IMG/VR virus record: IMGVR_UViG_3300022200_000021
Direction: 5' to 3' (one strand)
Length of the DNA stretch: 62,269 nt
Origin: an uncultured virus (IMG/VR IMGVR_UViG_3300022200_000021)
Lineage: Duplodnaviria > Heunggongvirae > Uroviricota > Caudoviricetes
Program-made: the position numbers and the translations under genes
The notes under the pieces: generated by a model
The model's input: the letters and a program-made list of their open reading frames with translations, nothing else
Database searches by the model: none
What the model was told of the DNA's origin: nothing
In this document: piece by piece, positions 38,500-47,126 of the stretch
Layout: each line of letters opens with the position of its first letter
Numbering within the stretch: the stretch's first letter is position 1

Positions 38500-38684
38500 C
38501 CAGTTGAGCGTAAAACCCCGAACTTCAGGTCGGGGATAAGAGCGAATTGATAAATATCCTTATGCAACGATTGAAATATAAGTATAGATTATTTCCTAAT
38601 AAAACACAAGAACAACAATTAAATCAAATTGTCGGCTCTTGTCGGTTTGTTTATAATTTTTATTTAGCGATGGAATGGAAATGA
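38500..38684 (+). mobile_element. tnpB: IS200/IS605-family remnant: left-end hairpin plus truncated tnpB
   Basis: Hairpin ccccga-acttcagg-tcgggg at 38516-38535. ORF 38562-38684, MQRLKYKYRLFPNKTQEQQLNQIVGSCRFVYNFYLAMEWK*, matches the HTH_OrfB_IS605 N-terminus. Confidence 0.85.
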
Positions 38685-41137
38685 GAATAGCAGAGCTTAT
38701 TATAGAAGCATTAGATCTTGAAAATAAAAAATGGATAGATGAACAATTATCAGAACTAAATTACAGTCCTTCACAATGGGATGATATATTTGGTAACGAA
38801 GATCGAATCTATATTCCTATATCACCGTATCAACCAAATGACGATGTTGTACATGCTTTGCAGGATGCAGGGTATTTTATTACAGACTATCAAAAAGGTT
38901 TAGCAGTTGAATCAGCTAAAGATATTAAGATGTCATTAGAAAAAGTTCTTAATAAGGATAAAAAAACTCTAAAGTTGTATCATGACGATCCTGCTAGAAC
39001 TAACAAAAATCTAATACCAGATCCTTCTGTAATATTAAAAATCAATAAGATGAACTTTGAATTAGTGGATTATCAAAAAGGAATTGTTAAAAAACTATCA
39101 AACCCTCGTGTTGTAAAGATAGGTAGTATTTTAAAAAATGTAATTAAAGATCAGTCGTTACTGCGTAAATTTGAAACAGATCCATTAGTTAAAAATAAAA
39201 GTCAGGCTAAACAACTTGTTGTTATATCAAGAAATAAATATGATGTTGCAGAAATGTCTACAGGGAAAAAATGGGAATCATGTCTTAATTTGGACACAGG
39301 ATCAAATGCTAAGTATATTCCAACTGATATTGCAGAAGGTGTTATAGTAGCATATTTAATCGATAATGATGATATAGCCCTCGATGATCCACATGCACGT
39401 ATAGCAATTAAACCGTTCATTAATGAAGATGACTATACTATTGCATTCGGTGCTCATGATAGAGTTTATTCAAAACATGGTTCTTATCCAGAAGAGTTTG
39501 TAGATATCGTTGTAAATTGGGTTAATTCAGTTAACGAATCAAGAAAACTAGATGGTGTTTTTTACCTAAGCAAAAACGTATATAATCATAATGAATTTAA
39601 CTCTACAATTAAACGACTAGGTTCGGCAGCAACTACTTTTGATAGATATGGCTCAAAATGGAGAAATGTCCCTTCGGCAGAGTTAAACGAAGATTACTTA
39701 ACTTCAGTAGTATATAACAATCCTAATATGCTTGTTAAGTTGTTTTCTGAACTACCTGATAAACTGCTTTCAAGTTTAGTAATCAAATTAGCCGATTCAC
39801 TTGCAAGTTTTGACGAGTATTCTAGTATTTTGTATGTTATTAAAACAGATTTATTACCTTCTAGTGAAAATATAAAAAAACTACAGCCTGTTATTAACGC
39901 ATTTAAATACTATTTTTATATATATCTCCCAGACGATCAAAAAACTAATGTTGATACTATAAAAGAGTATTTAAGCCATTCGGGATCATTATCTGAAGTT
40001 CCGTTAGATACACTACCAAAAAACCAGCAAAATAAAATAATCGCATTTGCAGTGTCAAAAGGTATTATACTATTATCTGATCTGGATGAAAAGTATTTTA
40101 ATTATATTACTGTTAAAAATTCATTAAAACGAAATGCACATAATTTATCAATAATTCCGCACGACACTCCTAGGTACATGGCATTAGCAGCATATGCGAT
40201 AAAAAAAGATCCATCATGTGTAAAACATCTTAACGATGATATTTCAGATAAAGAACTTAACGAATTAATAATGGATGTGCTAGTACATTATTACCATTCA
40301 GTTCTTGGGTCTTTTAATTCTCAAGTATTATATGACAATCTTTCTGAAAAACATCGAACTAAATTTGTTTGTCAAGCAATATTCTATTCTTTACTAAAGA
40401 ATGGTCGTTTCGGCTCAAGTTTTTCAGTATTAGCTAAGAATCAAAATTCATGGAACAAAACTAATGCAAGTATGTATCTGCAAGTAACTCGCGACGTATC
40501 AGCAATTCCTAAAGAGTATGTTACAGAAGACTTGCTGATTAAATATATTGAAAATGGAGGGTCGCCTCATTATGCATCAATTAAACCATACATAACAAAA
40601 AACATTCAAGTTGCGTTAGTGAAAAAGTGGTATGGAAACATAGCATTATTCCCCCAATCTAACGAGTTACAAATGCTTGCGACACAGTCACTTTTAAGTA
40701 TGTATAGTACTCCTGCATGGCAACAAATATATTCTGGAACTAAAATTATTTACAATGATCCTGTTAATAAATTTTTAGACCTTTTAACTCGTCCTGTTAG
40801 CAATGAAATCTTTGAGTTAATTGAACGTACTATTCCCAATATTATTATTAACAGGCATAATCGTTCGGTGTCACTTAATCAATATAAAATAGACTTTGAT
40901 AAGATTAAGAAGAATCCTAGGCATATAAACACAGTACTGTCTACACAACCGTATTATGCAGAATTAGCTAACTATGCAGTAATTAAAGAGCCTAGTTTAA
41001 TCAATAACCAAGACGTTAATAATGCAATTGATGAAAGTACCGCACTAGAGTTAGTTCAAACTAATCCTAAATTGTATCACAAATTAACCTTAGCAATGCA
41101 AAAGAAAATTAAACAAAACGATCAACCATTACCTTAA
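38681..41137 (+). CDS. Large hypothetical protein (~818 aa) with helical repeats
   Basis: Likely start MRIAELIIE at 38681. Duplicated DYQKG module, ISRNKYDVAEMST..WESC motif and a helical-repeat C-terminus. Confidence 0.7.
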   Translation: MRIAELIIEALDLENKKWIDEQLSELNYSPSQWDDIFGNEDRIYIPISPYQPNDDVVHALQDAGYFITDYQKGLAVESAKDIKMSLEKVLNKDKKTLKLYHDDPARTNKNLIPDPSVILKINKMNFELVDYQKGIVKKLSNPRVVKIGSILKNVIKDQSLLRKFETDPLVKNKSQAKQLVVISRNKYDVAEMSTGKKWESCLNLDTGSNAKYIPTDIAEGVIVAYLIDNDDIALDDPHARIAIKPFINEDDYTIAFGAHDRVYSKHGSYPEEFVDIVVNWVNSVNESRKLDGVFYLSKNVYNHNEFNSTIKRLGSAATTFDRYGSKWRNVPSAELNEDYLTSVVYNNPNMLVKLFSELPDKLLSSLVIKLADSLASFDEYSSILYVIKTDLLPSSENIKKLQPVINAFKYYFYIYLPDDQKTNVDTIKEYLSHSGSLSEVPLDTLPKNQQNKIIAFAVSKGIILLSDLDEKYFNYITVKNSLKRNAHNLSIIPHDTPRYMALAAYAIKKDPSCVKHLNDDISDKELNELIMDVLVHYYHSVLGSFNSQVLYDNLSEKHRTKFVCQAIFYSLLKNGRFGSSFSVLAKNQNSWNKTNASMYLQVTRDVSAIPKEYVTEDLLIKYIENGGSPHYASIKPYITKNIQVALVKKWYGNIALFPQSNELQMLATQSLLSMYSTPAWQQIYSGTKIIYNDPVNKFLDLLTRPVSNEIFELIERTIPNIIINRHNRSVSLNQYKIDFDKIKKNPRHINTVLSTQPYYAELANYAVIKEPSLINNQDVNNAIDESTALELVQTNPKLYHKLTLAMQKKIKQNDQPLP

Positions 41138-41144
41138 TAAACCT

Positions 41145-41173
41145 TTGACTTCTACTATTAATAGTGTTACAAT
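41145..41173 (+). promoter_or_regulatory. Sigma70-type promoter with extended -10
   Basis: TTGACT-N17-TACAAT with TGn, upstream of queE. Confidence 0.6.
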
Positions 41174-41209
41174 ATGTTATATATTTGTAACACTATTAAG
41201 GATCTATTC

Positions 41210-42088
41210 ATGACACAAAAACTTCGTTATACAGAGTGCTTTTATTCAATTCAAGGTGAAGGTCTGCATGCCGGTGTACCTAGTGTATTTTTACGTACAT
41301 TCGGGTGCAACTTTAGATGTCAAGGTTTTGGATTACCTCGAGATACTAAAAAACAAAAATATAATGCAGAAGTTAAATCACTCCTTGATAATAATATATT
41401 GTCAAACATAAATACCTTTGAAGAGTTGCCAATTATAAAAACAGGTTGCGATACTTATGCTAGTGTATATCCTGAATTTAAAAAGTACGCAACCGATAGT
41501 ACAGTAGATGAATTAGTAGACAAGTTAATATCGTTAACTCCAAATAACGATTGGGTAACAAACGACGGGCAAGACATACACTTAATAATTACAGGTGGTG
41601 AACCGTTATTAGGATGGCAAAAAATCTACATTAGCTTGTTTAATCATCCAAAAATGAAAAATTTAAAAAATGTAACATTTGAAACTAATACAACACAACG
41701 ATTACATCAAGAATTTAAGGATTACCTTAATGATCAAACGAAAATTAAAATCACTTGGAGTTGCTCTCCAAAACTATCAGTTTCCGGTGAATGTAGAACT
41801 GATGCTATTAGGAACGATGTTGCTTTTGAATATTATAGTGTTAATAACAGTAACATGTATTTTAAATTTGTTATTATGGATAGCAACGATGTTAACGAAG
41901 TTATTTCAGCAATTGAAGACTATCGTAGTGTAAATATTAATTGCCCAGTGTATGTTATGCCAGTTGGAGGTAGATCAGAAGAATATTCTTTTAATTCTAC
42001 TACAGTTGCTAACATTGCTTTGCAAAATGGTTGGCGATATTCTCCAAGATTACATATTGATTTATTTGGAAATGCGTGGAACACTTAA
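41210..42088 (+). CDS. queE: 7-carboxy-7-deazaguanine synthase (radical SAM)
   Basis: FYSIQGEG..GVPSVFLRTFGCNFRC...GCDT, ITGGEP, ETN, SPKL and YSPRLH. Start likely 41210. Confidence 0.92.
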   Translation: MTQKLRYTECFYSIQGEGLHAGVPSVFLRTFGCNFRCQGFGLPRDTKKQKYNAEVKSLLDNNILSNINTFEELPIIKTGCDTYASVYPEFKKYATDSTVDELVDKLISLTPNNDWVTNDGQDIHLIITGGEPLLGWQKIYISLFNHPKMKNLKNVTFETNTTQRLHQEFKDYLNDQTKIKITWSCSPKLSVSGECRTDAIRNDVAFEYYSVNNSNMYFKFVIMDSNDVNEVISAIEDYRSVNINCPVYVMPVGGRSEEYSFNSTTVANIALQNGWRYSPRLHIDLFGNAWNT

Positions 42089-42103
42089 TTTAATGAGAAT
42101 AAT

Positions 42104-42466
42104 ATGAATTTATTAAATAAACTTTTTAAACCTAAAAAAACTAATACTTGTAAAGATCGAATTGAAACAGAACTCGATAAAAAAGAAGCATTTAGCAAAG
42201 AAAAAGAGATTGCTACAAAAAATAAACAACCTTGGGTTGCAGTATTAGACACTCATATAAACGAAGATAACATTAAAAATGGGTTTTTTGAATTAGATTG
42301 GAATAATGAATTTATTGAAGTTTTGATAGATGCTGGTTATACTGGCGAAACAAATGAACAGATTGTTGAAAAGTGGTTTAAAGATATTATCTTACAAATA
42401 TTAGAAGAAACAAATCAAAGTTCAGATCGTAATATAGGCTCACTTAATATATCGTCAATTTTATAA
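42104..42466 (+). CDS. Hypothetical protein
   Basis: 120 aa; PWVAVL..NGFFELDWN motif. Confidence 0.7.
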   Translation: MNLLNKLFKPKKTNTCKDRIETELDKKEAFSKEKEIATKNKQPWVAVLDTHINEDNIKNGFFELDWNNEFIEVLIDAGYTGETNEQIVEKWFKDIILQILEETNQSSDRNIGSLNISSIL

Positions 42467-42479
42467 TTAAACAAACATA

Positions 42480-43463
42480 ATGAATACATACATTTTATTG
42501 GATACTAGTAATTTATTTTTTAGAGCTCGGCATGTTGTTCGAGGTGATATTGACACTAAAGTGGGAATGGCTCTTCATATTACATTCTCTAGCATTATTA
42601 AAGCATGGAAAGAATTTAAAGGAAGTCATTTAGTTATATGTTTAGAAGGGCGTTCGTGGAGGAAGGATTTTTACGAACCATATAAACGTAATAGACAAGA
42701 AACTCGTGATGCAATGACTGCCCAAGAAGCTGAAGAAGATAAGATATTTTGGGAAATTTATAACGAGTTTACGTCGTTTATGAATGATCAATCAAATTGC
42801 ACAGTTCTTCAGCATCCAAATCTCGAAGCAGATGACTTAATTGCAGGATGGATACAACATCATCCCAATGATAACCATGTTATAATTAGTACAGACGGCG
42901 ATTTTATTCAATTAATTGCACCTAATGTAAAACAATATAATGGCGTTAATAATACTACAATTACACACGAAGGATATTTTGACGAACTTGGTAATGCTGT
43001 AATTGACAAGAAAACTAATCAAGCAAAAGAAGCACCTGATCCTGAATGGTCATTATTTGAAAAATGTATACGCGGTGACACATCTGACAATGTTTTTTCT
43101 GCTTATCCTGGAGTCCGAAAAAAAGGAACAAAGACAAAAGTAGGTCTGTTAGACGCATTTGATGATAGAAAAAATAAAGGGTTTACATGGAATAATTTAA
43201 TGTTGCAAAAATGGGTAGATCATAATGGAACTGAACATAGGGTATTAGACGATTATAACCGAAATGTTATATTATGTGATTTATCTGCACAGCCTGATAA
43301 TATTAAAGAAATTATCAATAATAGTATTTCTACTGTAGAGCCTAAAGCAATTTCACAAGTAGGTATTCGCTTTATGAAATTTTGTGCTAAATGGGACTTG
43401 CAAAAACTTTCAGATCAAGCTCAAACAATTTCTGAAAGTTTAAACGCAAAATATATTAAATAA
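42480..43463 (+). CDS. rnh: RNase H / 5'-3' flap exonuclease (T4 rnh-like)
   Basis: LLDTSNLFFR, WRKDFYEPYKRNR, EADDLIA, STDGDFIQL and GDTSDNV. Confidence 0.88.
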   Translation: MNTYILLDTSNLFFRARHVVRGDIDTKVGMALHITFSSIIKAWKEFKGSHLVICLEGRSWRKDFYEPYKRNRQETRDAMTAQEAEEDKIFWEIYNEFTSFMNDQSNCTVLQHPNLEADDLIAGWIQHHPNDNHVIISTDGDFIQLIAPNVKQYNGVNNTTITHEGYFDELGNAVIDKKTNQAKEAPDPEWSLFEKCIRGDTSDNVFSAYPGVRKKGTKTKVGLLDAFDDRKNKGFTWNNLMLQKWVDHNGTEHRVLDDYNRNVILCDLSAQPDNIKEIINNSISTVEPKAISQVGIRFMKFCAKWDLQKLSDQAQTISESLNAKYIK

Positions 43464-43482
43464 GCTTACTAGGAGATAGCAA

Positions 43483-43728
43483 GTGCAAGAGTGTGAACCA
43501 TTAAATACTATTCCTATTCAGCAGTTTATACAAAAAGTAAAAACTGCTGATTTAAGTCGTGCAAGAGATGTTAATTTAGATATCAATGCTGCTAAGAGTT
43601 TAGCATATACACTAGGTATAGTAATGAGTAGATTAGAAGGTTCTTTAGAAACATTAGTTGCATCTTCATCTAAATCTTCAGATGAAGTGTTTGAAATTAG
43701 ATTAGATCGGGGGAGCGATTGGAAATAA
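43483..43728 (+). CDS. Hypothetical protein
   Basis: 81 aa, GTG start with GGAG RBS. Confidence 0.6.
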   Translation: MQECEPLNTIPIQQFIQKVKTADLSRARDVNLDINAAKSLAYTLGIVMSRLEGSLETLVASSSKSSDEVFEIRLDRGSDWK

Positions 43729-43750
43729 ATACTTATTTAGTGAGAAGTGT

Positions 43751-44131
43751 ATGGTTAATTGGAAAAGAATTTATACTAAATTATTTTTAGAACAATTAGG
43801 ATTGCCTACTACAGACGACTCTATTAAACAGTATACTTACGAATGGTGGTATAACATTCGCAATAGAGGAAATGTAGGGTTACGATTAACCGACAACGGT
43901 CTTTCAGTTATAAAAAAACTAGATATAAAAACATATGAGTTACCATATCCAAAAGATATACCGATAACTCCTCAAATACTAGTATTTTTAGATAAACTTA
44001 TAGATTGTCCGTATTTTTTAACAAAAAAATCTATTGTTTTAACTAATGAAAGAAAAACTGTTGAAATTGCGTTATTTGCAAACAACTTGCAACGATATGG
44101 AATTGTTAAGGCTATGTCGTTGAAAGCTTAA
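43751..44131 (+). CDS. Hypothetical protein
   Basis: 126 aa; GLRLTDNG motif; AATAAATA at 43724. Confidence 0.65.
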   Translation: MVNWKRIYTKLFLEQLGLPTTDDSIKQYTYEWWYNIRNRGNVGLRLTDNGLSVIKKLDIKTYELPYPKDIPITPQILVFLDKLIDCPYFLTKKSIVLTNERKTVEIALFANNLQRYGIVKAMSLKA

Positions 44132-44136
44132 TTTTT

Positions 44137-44397
44137 ATGATGAAAGTAAATCCAATTCAATGTTTTAATGCTAGACGAGTTATGTTTTTACCAATACACT
44201 TTCATAGTATTGACATAAATATATCGCATAGTATGTCTGTTGACAGTTGGATTTTAAATAACTTAAAGAATAGATATTATATTGGAAAAGCTGTATCAAT
44301 GATAGATGGGAAGTCTAAAGTGCATCTTAAAATTGCATTCGAAGATAACCGAGAACTTTCTTTATTTGTATTAAAATATTGTAGTAGTAATCATTGA
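44137..44397 (+). CDS. Hypothetical protein
   Basis: 86 aa ORF in an operon. Confidence 0.6.
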   Translation: MMKVNPIQCFNARRVMFLPIHFHSIDINISHSMSVDSWILNNLKNRYYIGKAVSMIDGKSKVHLKIAFEDNRELSLFVLKYCSSNH

Positions 44398-44472
44398 TAT
44401 CATGCAAAATAGTAATATAATAGTTATTGAAATACATAACAAACCTAAACAATAAATACAAAGGAGATTTTA

Positions 44473-44721
44473 ATGACAACACAAGAAACAAAAGAAACTA
44501 CTAGTTCTGCACAAGAATCTAACCAAAACGCTACTGCAACTAATCAAGGATCAGACATAACTATCCAAGACTTGCAGTCGTTAAAAGCTATTATTGATGT
44601 AGCAAGCCAGAGAGGTGCATTTAAACCGACTGAAATGGTGTCAGTTGGACAAACTTATGTTAAATTGGATAATTTTTTAACAGCAGTAATTGAGCAACAA
44701 CAACAAAATAAACAACAATAA
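44473..44721 (+). CDS. Hypothetical protein
   Basis: 82 aa; AAGGAG RBS; IIDVASQRGAFK. Confidence 0.7.
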   Translation: MTTQETKETTSSAQESNQNATATNQGSDITIQDLQSLKAIIDVASQRGAFKPTEMVSVGQTYVKLDNFLTAVIEQQQQNKQQ

Positions 44722-44734
44722 GAGGATTTGATTT

Positions 44735-45418
44735 ATGTTATTAAAACATGTAGGTCGTATGGTGAAAAATAAACGCAGGGTAGTAGTTGCGTATCATGTA
44801 GTACCCAACGAACCAACGTCATCGATTGTTATAACTACTGAAAACTTAATGGCTGATGAACACGACAGCTTAATGAAATTAGTAGAATCGCCTGCAGGAC
44901 AACAAGTGCAAGATTTAGCTATAGCAATGTCTAGAACACCGTTGCCTGATGGGTCTAATATGCTTGCAAGATTTCATAGTACTGGTAAAATGGTTAAAGT
45001 AAAATCGTCCGATGTAGAAATGACTCCAACTACTACTTCGACAATTTTATTAAGTGAGTTAAATCAGCTGATTGCTGCTAAAAAAGGGGTAAGTGTTGCA
45101 GACTTAGCACTTTCTGATCCTTCTGGTAAAAAAGAAAAGCCAAGATCTTTACCACCGATGAACTTCCCAAAAGAAGAACCTGTTGCAAATACTGTAATAG
45201 CAGAATCAATGCCTGATGTATTATCTGATGAACAAATTGCAACTAGATTAAGAGCACAAGCAGAATCTTTATTAAAAGAAGCAGAGTCTCTTACTAAACA
45301 AGCTGATGAATTAAGTCCTACTTTAGTAAAACCTAAAGTAGTTGCAAAAAAACAAAATTCTGCTCCTAAACCCAAAACAACTAGAGCAAGAACTAAGAAA
45401 AATGAGCAGAGCACTTAA
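44735..45418 (+). CDS. Hypothetical protein
   Basis: 227 aa; LKHVGR N-terminus, coiled coil and basic tail. Confidence 0.7.
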   Translation: MLLKHVGRMVKNKRRVVVAYHVVPNEPTSSIVITTENLMADEHDSLMKLVESPAGQQVQDLAIAMSRTPLPDGSNMLARFHSTGKMVKVKSSDVEMTPTTTSTILLSELNQLIAAKKGVSVADLALSDPSGKKEKPRSLPPMNFPKEEPVANTVIAESMPDVLSDEQIATRLRAQAESLLKEAESLTKQADELSPTLVKPKVVAKKQNSAPKPKTTRARTKKNEQST

Positions 45419-45728
45419 TCAAGAAGGAAAACTCCCTAAAGAAATTATCGATCAATGGCCTGAAATTTTTAAGGATATTGAAATTCGAGCTATTCCTATA
45501 AAATACGTGGATGTACTCCACGTATCTTTTGAAAATGGCGAACAATGGACAATCGATTTAACTAAACCTGAAAACTTTGATGAAGATGAAACTGTAGAAG
45601 ATGCTATCGAAGAGTTTTTTTATAATTACAGCGACTATATTACTAATGTAGAATTTGATATTAATACTACAAAAGTAATCAAAGATGTTAAAGTAAGGAC
45701 TCATAAATTCTTTAAGAAAAGAAAATGA
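45402..45728 (+). CDS. Hypothetical protein
   Basis: Likely start at ATG 45402; QWPEIF motif. Confidence 0.65.
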   Translation: MSRALNQEGKLPKEIIDQWPEIFKDIEIRAIPIKYVDVLHVSFENGEQWTIDLTKPENFDEDETVEDAIEEFFYNYSDYITNVEFDINTTKVIKDVKVRTHKFFKKRK

Positions 45729-45803
45729 TCTTTTGTATCTGTTTCTAGTTTATTTGAAATTCTGATAAATATTATAATATAAGATATTCCAGGAGTTACT
45801 ATT

Positions 45804-47060
45804 ATGGCGTTACGTCTAAGACGAGGAACAGATACAGAACGACAATTAATTACACCGTTAGAAGGTGAATTGATTTATACAACAGATACAAAGAGATTAC
45901 ATGTAGGAGACGGGTACACAGCAGGCGGTGTAACAATGTCTGCTTCGTTAATAGGAGATACTTCTCCAACTCTAGCATCAGATATGGATCTTAATAACCA
46001 GACTATTGGAGGTTCTGGTAACATTGATATTACCGGTAATATTACTATTGATGGAGATTTATCTGTGTCTAACAATACTACAGTTAGCACATGTAATATA
46101 AATCATTTAATTATGCCCGTAAATAGCATCATACAATTAGAAGGTGAAATAGCTTCTAATTTAACCCCACAAGCTTCGGAAATATATTCACTAGGTTCTG
46201 ATACATTACAGTGGGGAGTAGGTTTTATTAAGAATATAAATAGCATATCAGTGTTGTCAGATGTAATAAAAGTACAAAATGCTATAGTAAATAGTGCAAA
46301 TACTGTATTGCTCGATGTTGCAGAATCGGCTGTAATTGTAGAAAGTGTCAATTCTAATAGTGTAACAACAACTAATATAAATTCTACGCAAATATCTACT
46401 GACTCTATTAATACATCAGATTGTACTACACTATCATTAATTTCGGAAAATTTAACTTCGAACGAAATTAGTGCTACTACAGCATCACTATCCTCGTTAA
46501 CTTCGAATATTATCAGTTGCACATCATTAATTGCAGATGAAATTTCATCGCAAAATATAATTTCAACAGTTAAAGGAAATATTGTTGACGACTTAGATAA
46601 CATTATAGTTGATTATATTAATAAAAATATTAATGTGTCTAATGCTACAATTACTGGAGAATTATTATTTTCCAATGAAATTCAAAATTTTAATTCTGGA
46701 TTTAAAGTAGCTATTTATGATCTTCAAGACAACTTAATGATTGACCATTACAATAATATTGGTACATTTAATCAATTAATTGTAAACTCAAATTTAATAT
46801 CAGATGGCTTAATTTTAGGTGATATAAAAGGCAATGTAATAGGTGATGATTCTTCAATTATTATAGATGTTATGTCAGGTGATGCAGTATTTAACAATTT
46901 AACTATCACCGGTACATTAAACTACTCATTAGGAATAACATCTGACGTTATCGGTGAAGATTCAACTGCTATTATTGATTCCACTACTGGAAATATTGTT
47001 GCTAATGATTTGACTATTAACGGTACTGTTAATGGTATTTTGTCAGGCGGTGGTGCTTAA
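45804..47060 (+). CDS. Fibre-like virion protein with Mtd_N-type N-terminus
   Basis: MALRLRRGT...EGELIYTTDTKRLHVGDG; GATAAATA at 45764. Confidence 0.7.
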   Translation: MALRLRRGTDTERQLITPLEGELIYTTDTKRLHVGDGYTAGGVTMSASLIGDTSPTLASDMDLNNQTIGGSGNIDITGNITIDGDLSVSNNTTVSTCNINHLIMPVNSIIQLEGEIASNLTPQASEIYSLGSDTLQWGVGFIKNINSISVLSDVIKVQNAIVNSANTVLLDVAESAVIVESVNSNSVTTTNINSTQISTDSINTSDCTTLSLISENLTSNEISATTASLSSLTSNIISCTSLIADEISSQNIISTVKGNIVDDLDNIIVDYINKNINVSNATITGELLFSNEIQNFNSGFKVAIYDLQDNLMIDHYNNIGTFNQLIVNSNLISDGLILGDIKGNVIGDDSSIIIDVMSGDAVFNNLTITGTLNYSLGITSDVIGEDSTAIIDSTTGNIVANDLTINGTVNGILSGGGA

Positions 47061-47077
47061 CATTAAACATATTAATT

Positions 47078-47113
47078 ACGTTCTTAGGTGATTATTTAAT
47101 CACCTAAGAACGT
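47078..47113. terminator. Bidirectional terminator-like hairpin
   Basis: 17-bp perfect stem acgttcttaggtgatta-tt-taatcacctaagaacgt between convergent genes. Confidence 0.8.
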
Positions 47114-47126
47114 TTATCTACTTATA

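Noticed and set aside
38500..38684. Functional TnpB/Cas12-like RNA-guided system
   Set aside because: Only 40 codons remain, with no RuvC or zinc finger and no right end or guide RNA.
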